A stretch of 63,852 nt of DNA, counting the filler, from Chrysochromulina tobinii (Eukaryota): assembly GCA_001275005.1 (NCBI GenBank). It is 9 parts of 9 records of this genome, joined end to end, with 100 filler letters (N's around TTAATTAATTAA, not from the genome) between each part and the next. Parts side by side here need not be neighbours in the genome. Positions count along the whole stretch, not along the records: positions 1 to 19,683 come from JWZX01000874.1; 8 more parts are not named here. One strand, written 5' to 3'. Below are positions 1-10,566 of the stretch, one piece after another. The notes beneath the pieces were generated by a model. It was not told the origin of the DNA, searched no databases, and saw only the letters and a program-made list of their open reading frames with translations. Position 1 is the first letter of the stretch. Every line of letters begins with the position of its first letter. A program made the translations under genes and the position numbers.

Positions 1-3000
1 CCCCCTTGCCTCCACCACCCTCACCACCTCCACCATCGCCCCCCCGACCGCCCTCGCCTCCAGCCTCGCATGGGCAGGTGCTTGCCACTGCTTGCCACTG
101 CTTGCCTCTGATTGCCTCTGATTGCCTCTGATTGCCTCTGGTTGCCTCTGCTTGCCACTGATTGCCTCTGATTGCCTCTGATGGCCTCTGATGGCCTCTG
201 ATGGCCTCTGATTGCCACTGATTGCCACTGATTGCCACTGATTGCCATCTCAATCTCGGCCTCGCATGGACAGGTGCCGTTCCTTCTCACGGCCACACTC
301 ACACGCCTCCATCGTGCCTTCGCTGGTGCCGCCGCCACCAGCGCCAGCGCCAGCGCCAGCGCCAGCGCCAGCGCCAGCGCCAGCGGTGCGTTCGTCCCCG
401 GCGCTCTGCAGGGCACCAGCAATGCAAGCGCCTTGGCTCAGTACAACCTGACTCGTCGCATCCTCGGCGACCTCGCCGCCTCTGCCGCCGCCGCCAGTCC
501 AGACGTCTTCGCCGCCGCCGACGCCGCCGACCCCATTGAAGTGGATGGCACCGGCGTTCGCGTTCGCGCCGGAACGAGCATGACGGGCGCCGTGACGAGC
601 ACGCCGGGCGCCGTGCCGAGCGCTCTAAGCGCCGTGCCGAGCATGGTGGGCACAGCGGTGGCGTTCGATGGGTTTCGGCGCGGCGTCGCCGATACTTTGG
701 GCCTCAGGCTGCGCCGAGTCGTCAATCGCACTGTGCCCGGCCTTCAACTGGTTGATGTCGGTGCGATCTTGCACACGCCTCACGATGCTCCCCACGGCGC
801 TGCCGCGAATGCTCACCACGGCGCCCCGCCTCTCTCTTCCACACGACTCATGAGGCTCTGCGCTGCATGCGAGTGCTCATCACGGCGCCCGGGCGCTCCT
901 TTCCCGTGCGCGAGCGCTCACCACGGCGCCCTCGCTCCCGCCCACAGGCCCGTTTGGCGCCCCATTTGAACGGGTGCTCGTCCAGATTCGGCTGAGCTTA
1001 TCCGCCGAGGCCCGCACACAAGGCGCCGGTACGGCGCTTGGGGCGGTCGCAGCTTTGGTCGAGGGGTACGCCGGCCGGATCGGTGTGCCAGACTTGGAGC
1101 GGACATTTGTCTCTAATTGCCTCTAATTGCCTCCCTCATTAACGTCTCTGATCGCCTCGAATTGCCTCCCTCATCAGGTGCGGCCGATTTGGAGGCGACA
1201 CTGCAGGCGCACGGGCTTGGGGAGGGAACCGTCCTGATGACGTCACGCATCGTGGACACGGGCGCGATTGCGGACACGTGGCGGATGCATGCAAGCGGGC
1301 AGATGACGCACGCCGCTCCGCCGGTGGGAGGCACCGACGGCGAGATCGGGGCCAGATCGCTGAGCTCGCTCGGGCTCGTCGCCATCGTGATTGCATGCGT
1401 GGTCATCCCCATCCTCGCGCTCGCCTACGCCGACCGCGACCGTCTCCGGCGCCGTCTCGGGCGTCTCGGACGCCTCCTCTTGCCCCCTTCGCTCCTCCCC
1501 CCGTCACTCCTCCCCCCGTCGACGGGCCCCCAGACGCCCACCAAGGCGCCCGCCCGAGACGGCGCCGACGGAATGGGTTCGCCCACGGACCGCTCGAGCC
1601 CTGGGCGCCGTGCCGGGCGCGCGCCGTCGTGGGCCGTGGACGAGCCTGCGGAATGGGAGACGATCGGATCGACGATTGGGTCTGTCTTTAGCCCCGCTCA
1701 GACGCCGAGGCAGAGGGAGAGGCGAAGAGAGGAGCGCGCCGGGATGAGCTCTTTCATGCCAAGCGAGAGGGACCTGACAGCGCGTAGCAGCGCAACGGCC
1801 TCGCAATGCGCCTACTCGCACCGCCACGGCGCCTCGCCACAATCCAAGCCGACATCGCCACAAGCCAAGCCGACATCCCCATCGCTAAGGCCCAAGCCGA
1901 CATCGCCATCGCTAAGGACCAAACCGACATCGCCATCGCCCAAGGCAACGTGCGTACAGTCGGAAGCGCGGCCGCCACGGCCAGCGATGGCGTCGAAGCC
2001 GCCGCCGCAGCAGCAGCCATCGCCAGAGCATCAGCCATCAGTGGCAATCAGAGGCAATCAGTACCATCAGTACCATCAGTACCATCGCCCCCCATCGCCA
2101 GAGCATCAACCTCCACCTCCGCCACCTCCACCTCCACCGCCGCCGCCCCCGCCTCCACCGCCCCCGCCGCCGCCGCCACAGCCGGCCGCCACCGACCTTT
2201 GGCTCACCGCTACGGACGAAACCACCGGCGGCACCTACTACTACAAGCAACACAGCCGACTGGTGCAATGGGAACGGCCGATGGACTTGAACGCCGACCC
2301 GACAGCCGGACCACTACGCGCCGGGCTGAGCGCGCGCCGTACCGGGCACACTGACGGTACGTCCATGGGGCAGGGGCCTGCTGGCTCGTCAGTGGCAATC
2401 AGAGGCAATCAGAGGCAATCAGGGACGTCCATGGGGCAGGGGCCTGCTGGCTCGTCAGTGGCAATCAGAGGCAATCAGTCGCCATCAGAGGCACTCAGAG
2501 GGTCTCAGGGGCCTGCAGATTCGTCAATGGCAATCAGTGGCAATCAGAGGCAATCAGGGACGTCCATGGGGCAGGGGCCTGCAGATTCGTCAGTGGCCCA
2601 ACGGCTTCGACGACCATCGACAGAGGAGCGGCTTGCACTTCTGCGCGCCCGCAGGCGGCCAGCGGGCTCTGCTGAGGATACCCGACTCGAAGGGGGGTCC
2701 GGGGGCAAGCCCCCCGGGGGCAAGCCCCCCGGGGGGAAGCCCCCCCGGGGGGAAGCCCCCCAGGGGGAAGCCCCCCGGGGGGAAGCCCGAGGCCCCGCGC
2801 GATCGCAAGCGTGGCGAGGCGCCACCGACGACGCCGAACACGCGACCGTCACCATCTCAAATCAGCCCAGAGATACCGTCGTACCAAATTAGGGCAGAGG
2901 CACCGTCGTACCAAATTAGGGCAGAGGCGCCATCGTACCAAATTAGGGCACGTGCCTCAGCTGAGCCAGCCACGCCCCTCTGCCCGCGCGCATGCCTCCG

Positions 3001-3658
3001 CTTACTGGACGAAATGGACGTCGATTCGATTGTCATCGGCTGTCGCAATCATGCCGCAATCTCGGCAGGTAAGGCATCGTCGCCGCTGAGGCGTGCGAGC
3101 TCAGGTTCAACGACGGAGGCAACGGCGACGTCGCCTCCGAGATGCTCGACGTCGCCTCCGAGATGCTCGAGGCCGGACTCGACGAAATCGACGGAATCGA
3201 CGGAATCGAGGCCTCCGAGATGCTCGAGATCGGCCGCTGATCTCAGTGGCCATCAGCGGTCCTCAGTGGCCCTCCGTGGTCCTCAGCGGTCCTCCGCGGC
3301 AAGCTCGGCGCCCATCACGGCGCCTAGGCCGCGCTCAAGAGCAGATGCGCCGAGGCCTGAGGGCGGGCGAGGCGTTCCACTTGCAGTACCACTCAGCGCC
3401 CAACACAGCGCGCATCTCATCGGCGCTCTGACCTCCTCGGAGTCGAAGCTCTCGTCGGCTGATGTGCCGCTCGAGAGCGATCGTCGGCCGCCGCGCGGGG
3501 CGGCGACGCCGCTCGAGCGACCGCCGCCGCGGGCACGGCAGCACCACGGGCAGCATTTGCCCCCTCGAGCTCGATTGGGACCGCAATCCCCTCGAGCTCA
3601 ATTGGGAGTGCGAGAGACGGCCGTCGGGGATCTTCACAGCCACGGCCTGGAGGCGTGA
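1..3658 (+). CDS. 5'-partial multi-exon type I membrane protein: Pro-rich ectodomain, one TM helix, Pro-rich cytoplasmic tail with a WW domain
   Basis: Exon 3-77 (PLPPPPSPPP...SHGQ) joins VPFLLT across GT-AG intron 78-273. Intron 1083-1177 joins YAGRIG to AADLEAT. TM: LGLVAIVIACVVIPILALAY. WW-like: LWLTATDETTGGTYYYKQHSRLVQWERP. The GGKPP repeat switches frame in a C7 run near 2740-2746, so the 3' end (2892, 3658 or 3686) is uncertain. An intron near 760-985 is unresolved. Confidence 0.6.
78..273 (+). other. Spliceosomal intron made of a 10-bp satellite (GATTGCCTCT/GATTGCCACT/GATGGCCTCT) with duplicated junction
   Basis: GT...AG, restores frame. GCCTCGCATGG[G/A]CAGGTGC occurs at 63-81 and 259-277. 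Confidence 0.8.
2692..2790 (+). repeat. About 15-bp G-run/AAG/C-run tandem repeat encoding GGKPP
   Basis: About six units of GGGGG(C/G)AAGCCCCCC, each self-complementary. Confidence 0.85.
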
Positions 3659-4220
3659 CGTGCACAGTCACCTTGACGGGACGTGAAACGCATGTATAGA
3701 CGCGTAGGGATCCTAGGGAAAGGATTTTCAGACCGCAAGCGGTCTGAGGCAGTGCTGCTTTTACGATTTTTAGTGTCAAGTCGAGTCGACTAGTTTCTTA
3801 GATAGGCGGGCGCCGCAGATAGCCCAGTGCCCACCAGGAGACCAGGTAGGTTTTTGGAACCGTGCCCGTTCAGGACGATCGGGACGTCCACCGCTACCCG
3901 GTTACCCGGTTACCACGTGAATATACGTGACCGAGTTAAAGGGAGCTCGGAAGCTTAACCGCGTGCACTGGGGCGAGCACGGGCAGAGAGACGGACAGAC
4001 CGAAAGAACTCCTGCTGAATCCCAAAAACCCTAACGGACAAAAACACGCGCCTAGAGAAACGGTCAGACGTTTCAGAGCCGACTAGTGTACATATGAGGC
4101 TCGCTCACTGACGCGTCTTATATGGGGTCATGTAAGGTGTGTGTCTTCTGAGCGGGCAGTTCAAGTGCCGCGTGTGAACGTCAAATTGCCAACCAATCGG
4201 CCGACCGCGAAAGCGCGCCG

Positions 4221-7200
4221 ATGGCGCTCATCCAAGGACTGGGGCAGAGCATCGACCGCTCGCGCTTGATATCCGCGGACGACGCCTACAGGGTTCTTGA
4301 GTTGGACCGCGGTGCTTCACTCCATGCTATCCGAAGGGCGTACCTGCGCCAGATTCTTCGCCATCATCCCGATAAGGCGGGTGCATCAGCAGGAGACCCC
4401 GATGCAGTCACGTCCGCAGCGTCTCGTACGATTCGCATCAATATCGCGTACGAAATGTTGCAGAGCGACAAGATAGCCACGCGCGACAGAAGCCAGGCGG
4501 AGCGCGAGGCCGAGTACCAGGCAGAGATGGATGAAATGGAAGCCGAGCTCAAGAACCTCGACGCGAAAAGAGCGCAGCGCGAGCAAAAGGCCAGGGCGGA
4601 GTTTGCGGCGCGCCAGCAAAACAGGTTGAGCCAGCTCAGCATGGACGTGCGAGAGGCCCAACAGAAGCATAACCACAAGGCGCCGCCGGCGGTGCAGCTC
4701 TACTTCCCGTGCTCCACCAGGACGTTGTTCCTCAGAGTGAGGAATCTCAATAATCCGTCCGATCTGACGTCCAAGCTGCCGTACGTGATCGCGGATAGGC
4801 GCTCCAAGCTGGTGTACCATCCGGCCAAACGAGGTGGCACGTTCGGCCACGTGGTGCCCGAGCCAGCGCCCGCTGAGGAGGCCGCTCGCATCGTGTGGGA
4901 CCATCCGCAAGGTCCTCGTGACGCGTGGTCCTTGGAGATGGCGATCTCCCTTGATGAGGGTGATGACGACCATCGCCCGGCATCGGCGCATGAGCTGCAG
5001 CAGCGCTGCCTGTTCGTGCTGGCCAGCAAGTACGTGTCTGATGGCCACTGATGACCTCTGATAACCTCTCTGATGACCTCTGATGGCCTCTGATGACCTC
5101 TGAAGACCTATGATTACCTATGATGGCCTCCCTCATCAGGTACCCTCACAACTCGGCAATGATTACCCTTGACGGCAATGATTACCCTTGATGACCTATG
5201 ATTACCCTCACATCAGGTACCCTCACAACTCGGCCGTCAAGGGAAAGTTCGTCTGGGCTCCTTGGTACTTGGAGTACCCGGTTTACACACGGCCTCGACG
5301 GCTCGATCTGATGCTCAGCCGCGGTGCGTACGGCTTCTTGATGACCGCTGAACCGCTAGCTGCCATTGATTGCCACTGATAGCTAATGACTGCCATTAAC
5401 TGCCACTGATTGACACTGATTGCGACCGATGGCCACCGACTGGCACAGGCGTCTTCGGCAAGGAGCTCGGGCGGTTACGCGAGGAGGCCGAGGAGCAAGA
5501 GCAGCGAGCAAGGCGGCAGAAGGAGGAGGCGCAACTGTTGGAGAAACTCGAGCGCGAGAAGCAGGTGTACGAGAAGCGGCGCGCCCGTGACCACTGATGA
5601 CCTCCGATGACCACTGATTGCCTTCCTCATCAGGTGTACGAGAAGCGGCGCGCCCGGCTCGCCAGGTGTGCAACGCGCCCGCCGCAACGCGCCCACCGAT
5701 CCCACAGTGCTTCAGCGAGTATACTGATTGCGACTGATTGCGACTGATTGCGGCTGATTGATACTGTTTGCGACTGTTTGCGACTGATGGCCGCGCAGGT
5801 TTGCAAGGCATCAGCCGACGCAGGTTCGTTTCCTCGAGTACACTCCCGTCGGTCGTGGCTCAGTCGATGCGGATGAGACGGTGCGTGCCGCTCAGAAGGC
5901 CGAAGAAGGTCACAGATGACCTCTGATGACCTCTGATGGCCTCCCTCATCAGGTGCGTGCCGCTCAGAAGGCCAAGGCGGAGGCGATGGAGTTGCGGCTG
6001 CGGGAGCTGTGGGAGGCCGGGCAGGACGATGAGGAGCTCGGTAAGGCGCTGGTCCGGGTGCGCTGCGAGCTGTTCCATCGTGTGCAGGTGAGTGCTCCTG
6101 AGTGCCACTGATTGCCACTGATTGCCACTGATGACTTCTGAGGACCTCTGATGACCTCTAATTGGCACTGATTGCCACCACGCGCAGTGCACCGACGCGT
6201 TTTGGGAGCACCCAAAGCTGATGCGCGTCTCCTTCTACGACAAGTTCCTCGACTTGAGCCGTGTACTGAAGGGCAGTGCTCGCCAGGCACTCGCCGAGGC
6301 AGCGTCGGCCAAGAAGCAGAGGGCGCTGCAAGAGAGGCAGCAGCTGCTGGACGCACAGCCGGGCGCGAGAGCCTATGCAAAAGTGGCGATGCGAGCGGCC
6401 GCTCTGGCCATTCCCCTCGTCCAGGTGAACAAGGGCCAACGGGTGGTCGTGGCTGGACTGACCAACGAGATCGGCAAGACCATCAACGGCTCCTTTGCCC
6501 AGGTTATCCGCCCTTCACACCGCCCTTCGCACCGTCCTTCACACCAAGGGGTGACGAATTTGGAAGGCGGAGATGAGACGAGATCGTCGATGGCACTGAT
6601 CGAGCTCGATCCGCCGTCGTCGTTTCAAATCAGCGTGCCGCTCGCGTCGTTATATGATGCCTCCGAGGTCATCCGGATCGCATGTGCAGCAGCGCCGCTC
6701 CCAGCAGCACAGCCTGGGGTGGTCGGCCCCTCGAGTGCGCCCGAGCCGCCGGACGTGATCGATGCGGAGGATCATCAATTCTCATCAAGGCTCGTCAAGG
6801 CTCATCAAGGCTCATCAAGGCTCATCGCCGTGATCGATGTGGAGGATGACCCTTCAGTCGATACCGGCGACCCCAAACCCAAACGGCCACGCACCGAACG
6901 GCTCACGAACCCGGTCCGAAGCGCCGTGGTGGGCGACGACTCGGACGGGTTCGGCTCCAGCCTGGTTGGCTCCAGCGAGGATGAAGAGGCGATCCACTAC
7001 GCCGGCCAGGTGGCCCCGGCGACTTCGCGCCGCGCGAGATGGCTTGCTCGGCGCGAGGTGCGCGAGGCAGCGCTCGCGCTGATGGAGGAGGGGGCGTCCT
7101 CAGACGGTAGTGACGAATCTGACGAATCTGACGAGGTGGAGTGGCTCGAGCCGAGCAGCAAGGTGCTCGAGGCAGCGCTCCTGCGGAAAGGCCAGGGGTC

Positions 7201-9015
7201 GCGGTCGGACGAATCTGACGAATCTGACGAATCTGACGAATCCGACGAATCTGACGAATCTGACGAATCTGGCCACGAGATCATGATCGATGAGAAGGAA
7301 GAACCGGCGCCCGCACTGCCGTCAGGTCTGTTGGCTTCCTCGCCTTCGGCTCCGCCGCGTGCGCCTGTGGGGCCTGCGGAAAGGCATCCCTCAAGCCAGT
7401 CAGCAAGGCAGGCGCCGGCTGCTCCCCTCCTCATTCACCCCTCAAGCCAGCCAGCAAGGCAGGCGCCGGCTGCTCCCCTCCTCATTCACCCCTCAAGCCA
7501 GCCAGCAAGGCAGGCGCCGGCTGCTCCCCTCCCTATTCGCGTCGTCGAACAAGAAGACGACGATGAACACGAGTCGAACTCGGACGACGACACGCCGCTC
7601 TCTGCGCTCATTCCGACCGTCATACACACGTCGGCGAGTCCCTTGGCCCTGTCGGGTCGTGCGCTGCTCGCACTCGCGCTGCTTGACCTCGAGCTCGCTG
7701 TGGGTTGGGCTCAGGTCAGCTGATTGCGACTGATTGCGACTGATTGCGACTGATTGCAACTGATTGCGACTGATTGCGACTGATTGCGACTGATTGCGAC
7801 TGATTGCGACTGATTGGGCTCAGGTCAGCGCCTCGTGGAACTACAAGCAGAAGGCCTGGCGCCTCCGCGTTGAGGCGCACGCCCACCCCACGCGCCGTGC
7901 TGAGCGCTCCACATCGAGGGAGCTCCAGATGGAGCGCCGTGTTGAGCTCCCGATCGATCCGCTCGAGTCGCTGCGCGAGTTGGCGATCATGCTGTGCGGC
8001 GCCATCAAGCCCAGGGCCCTCGCGGTGGCCTCGAGCTGGTTCAAGATCGACGAATGGCGTGCATCCGTTGCAGCGGCGTCCAATTTCCCGGCTCTGCATG
8101 AACTGGTCTCGGCGCTCAAATGTGCGCTGATCGGCGAGGACGAGCCACCAGCGAGGTTGCAAGCTGGGGACGAGCCACCAGCGAGATTGCAAGCTGGGGA
8201 CGAGCCACCAGCGAGATTGCAAGCTGGGGACGAGCCACCAGCGAGATTGCAAGCTGAGGACGAGCCACCAGCGAGATTGCAAGCTGAGGACGAGCCACCT
8301 TCCGCACCTGTCTCAATCAAGGGTGCGAACGGCGGCGTCGGCACGCTGCTGACGCGCTCACCACGGCGCCAGCAACCGCATCGCGCCACAGTGAAGACGG
8401 AGCCCAGTGTGAAGACTGAGCTCGATATTGTGAAGACGGAGCCCGATACTGTGAAGACTGAGCTGAAAGACTATGTGAAGCCTGAGCCAATCGTGAAGAC
8501 TGAGGCCACTGTGAAGACCGAGGCTGCACACCTGAGCCTCGAGGTCGAGCGCGATTACCGAGTTAAGCTCCGAGCCCGAGCTCAAGGCCGAGCTCAAGGC
8601 CGAGGGTCGACGGACGATCAGATGGACGAAACCCCGTCGCACTCGGACGACGCACTCACGGGCGCGGCGCTTAACTGGGCACGCCAACAGCTGAGCGTCG
8701 GGCAGTGCGTGCGCGCGCGCTTCCGGGCGACCACGCTCGGTCCGGCGAATGCTTTTTGGTTCTCGGGCGCTATCCGGTACGTGCTGATGAAGCTCACATC
8801 TGATGACCTCTGATGACCTCTGTGATCTGATGACATCTCATGATCTCTGATGATCTCTGATGACCTCTGGTGACCTCTGATGACGTATGATGACGAGCAC
8901 CATCAGGTACGTGCACGTGGACGGGACGGTTGATGTCGACTACGACGATGGCGACCTCGAGGAACGAGTCAAGCCCGAGTTTGTGCGGCCATGGGCAGGA
9001 AGCTCGTCAGCGTAG
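4221..9015 (+). CDS. Multi-exon protein with an N-terminal DnaJ (J) domain, low-complexity middle and C-terminal Tudor-like domain
   Basis: J domain with HPD (DAYRVLELDRGASLHAIRRAYLRQILRHHPDK). Introns 5030-5216, 5324-5448, 5565-5633, 5666-5798, 5881-5952, 6088-6187, 7715-7823 and 8777-8906 give one continuous frame. It ends with VGQCVRARF...WFSGAIRYVHVDGTVDVDYDDGDLEERV and TAG at 9013-9015. Confidence 0.75.
7715..7823 (+). other. Intron consisting of near-pure (TGATTGCGAC)9 between a 16-nt direct repeat
   Basis: TTGGGCTCAGGTCAGC at 7705-7720 and 7814-7829; splicing at CAG|GT restores WAQ-VSASW. Confidence 0.85.
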
Positions 9016-9122
9016 AGCGCCCGTAAATAATTGAAATTTGTGTGACTTAGACGTCGTAGTTTTTTTATGTCATCCGTCCTCGTGATTCCGAAGCCTCTCC
9101 CAAAGGCTCACTACCATGCTCA

Positions 9123-10283
9123 CTACGGATCCGTCGACTTAAAGTGGTCGTCGTCGATGGTGCTGTACATTTCGCCGACGTCGACGAGCCCCTGCACGAT
9201 GGAGCGCACCTGCGCCTCCTGCACGCCATTCGAGGCAAGCGCCTGGGCCGCCTCGAGCACCGTGCACCCCGCGTTGCTTGCGGCACCCTTGCTCTGGAAG
9301 AATTTGAGCACGAGGTCCTTTGCTTTCACCCCCAAAGGTCCCTCGATGGCTCGGAGCTCTGACTCTAGAGATGACTTTGCTGCGGCCGCCGCAGCTGCCG
9401 CGGCCTCGTAGGCCTCGTATGCCGCAGCGGCAGCCCTGGAGGCGCTCTCGTAGGTCGAGTGGGCCCTATTCAGGCTGAGAGCGGGTTGATGTTGTGAGGC
9501 CGCCTCGTCGTGCGCGCGCTGCTTGCGCCGGTCGAGTTCCGCCGCATCTATCTCATCGGCCGCGTACGCGGAAAAGTGTGGCTGTAGGAGAGCGCGATAC
9601 GCCGCGTCAACTTGTGGCTGCATCAGCGAGTGCGCCTTCGCCACGCGCGTGGTGAGGTCTGCGGCGTCGTCGGCCGCACGCACGCGTTGCGGAGGCGTGG
9701 TGACAGCGTCATCGTCCAGATCTATCGCGCGCTTGCGTCCTGCCGCGTCCCGTTGTTCACGCGTTCGCACACTGACCACCTCTACTTCCGCCTCCTCATC
9801 TCGCGCGTCCAGCAACTTGAGTGAGCCACCAATGATGAGTTTGAGGTTTATCTTTGAGTCTGTGAAGGGCACATGAGTCCCGAAGCAGGAGGCAGCGAAG
9901 GCGAAGCGCGAGGCGGAGAATGTCACAAGCAGGTGTGCCTCTGGGATCTTGGAAGCCGCAGACAACTCTGCTTTGCACGAGGACAGTTGAAAGACATTAT
10001 ATGGGATGATTGCCGAGCCGTACTCACCCCACACCACAAGTACCCCATTTAGACACCACCTCAGGTGAAGATGAATTGTAGCGTGCTGATGAATACCAAT
10101 GCTGGCAAGTGTCGCATCAAGATTGTCGCATATCTGTTTGCCATGATATACTATGCGCTGGATTGCTGGCCGAATTCCATTTCCTTTGTCCTGGATCTTG
10201 CATTTGAGCGAGTACAATGTTTCGCGAGGATCAACGTCACATGCCACCGTGCGACCGCAGTCCAGTCTCAAAAAGATCTGCAT
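9123..10283 (-). CDS. Ubiquitin-like domain fused to an RPA32-type C-terminal winged-helix domain
   Basis: N-terminus MQIFLRLDCGRTVACDVDPRETLYSLKCKIQDKG...QRIVYHGKQI...ATIHLHLR is ubiquitin-like. C-terminus VRSIVQGLVDVGEMYSTIDDDHFKST resembles the RPA2 C-terminal motif. Confidence 0.7.
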   Translation of the reverse strand: MQIFLRLDCGRTVACDVDPRETLYSLKCKIQDKGNGIRPAIQRIVYHGKQICDNLDATLASIGIHQHATIHLHLRWCLNGVLVVWGEYGSAIIPYNVFQLSSCKAELSAASKIPEAHLLVTFSASRFAFAASCFGTHVPFTDSKINLKLIIGGSLKLLDARDEEAEVEVVSVRTREQRDAAGRKRAIDLDDDAVTTPPQRVRAADDAADLTTRVAKAHSLMQPQVDAAYRALLQPHFSAYAADEIDAAELDRRKQRAHDEAASQHQPALSLNRAHSTYESASRAAAAAYEAYEAAAAAAAAAKSSLESELRAIEGPLGVKAKDLVLKFFQSKGAASNAGCTVLEAAQALASNGVQEAQVRSIVQGLVDVGEMYSTIDDDHFKSTDP

Positions 10284-10566
10284 GATCGCACGCGTCGAAA
10301 TGAAATTTTCCGGCCGCAAGATCGTTCACACACGAAACGGCCGGTCGTTCACGTGACCCGAGCCACTACGCGATCCAGAATCGATCTTCGCTCGTTTTTA
10401 CTGTAAGTAACACGGGTTCTTACGATCGTCCACACGGGTACCCGCGGTACTTCACACATTTCACCGTTCTAGGCGGGGCGCATCATAGCGCAGTCCATAC
10501 GATACAAATAGGTCGATACTCTCTTCCACGTCAGTTTAAGGTCACGCAAACGCGCCGTAAGGACAT

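Noticed and set aside
79..246. Satellite as telomeric repeat
   Set aside because: Internal, intronic, variable 10-mers with no TTAGGG-like unit
4747..5136. ORFs rich in [16 protein letters not shown] or SDAIRRNQTQ peptides
   Set aside because: Antisense translations of intronic 10-mers, not genes
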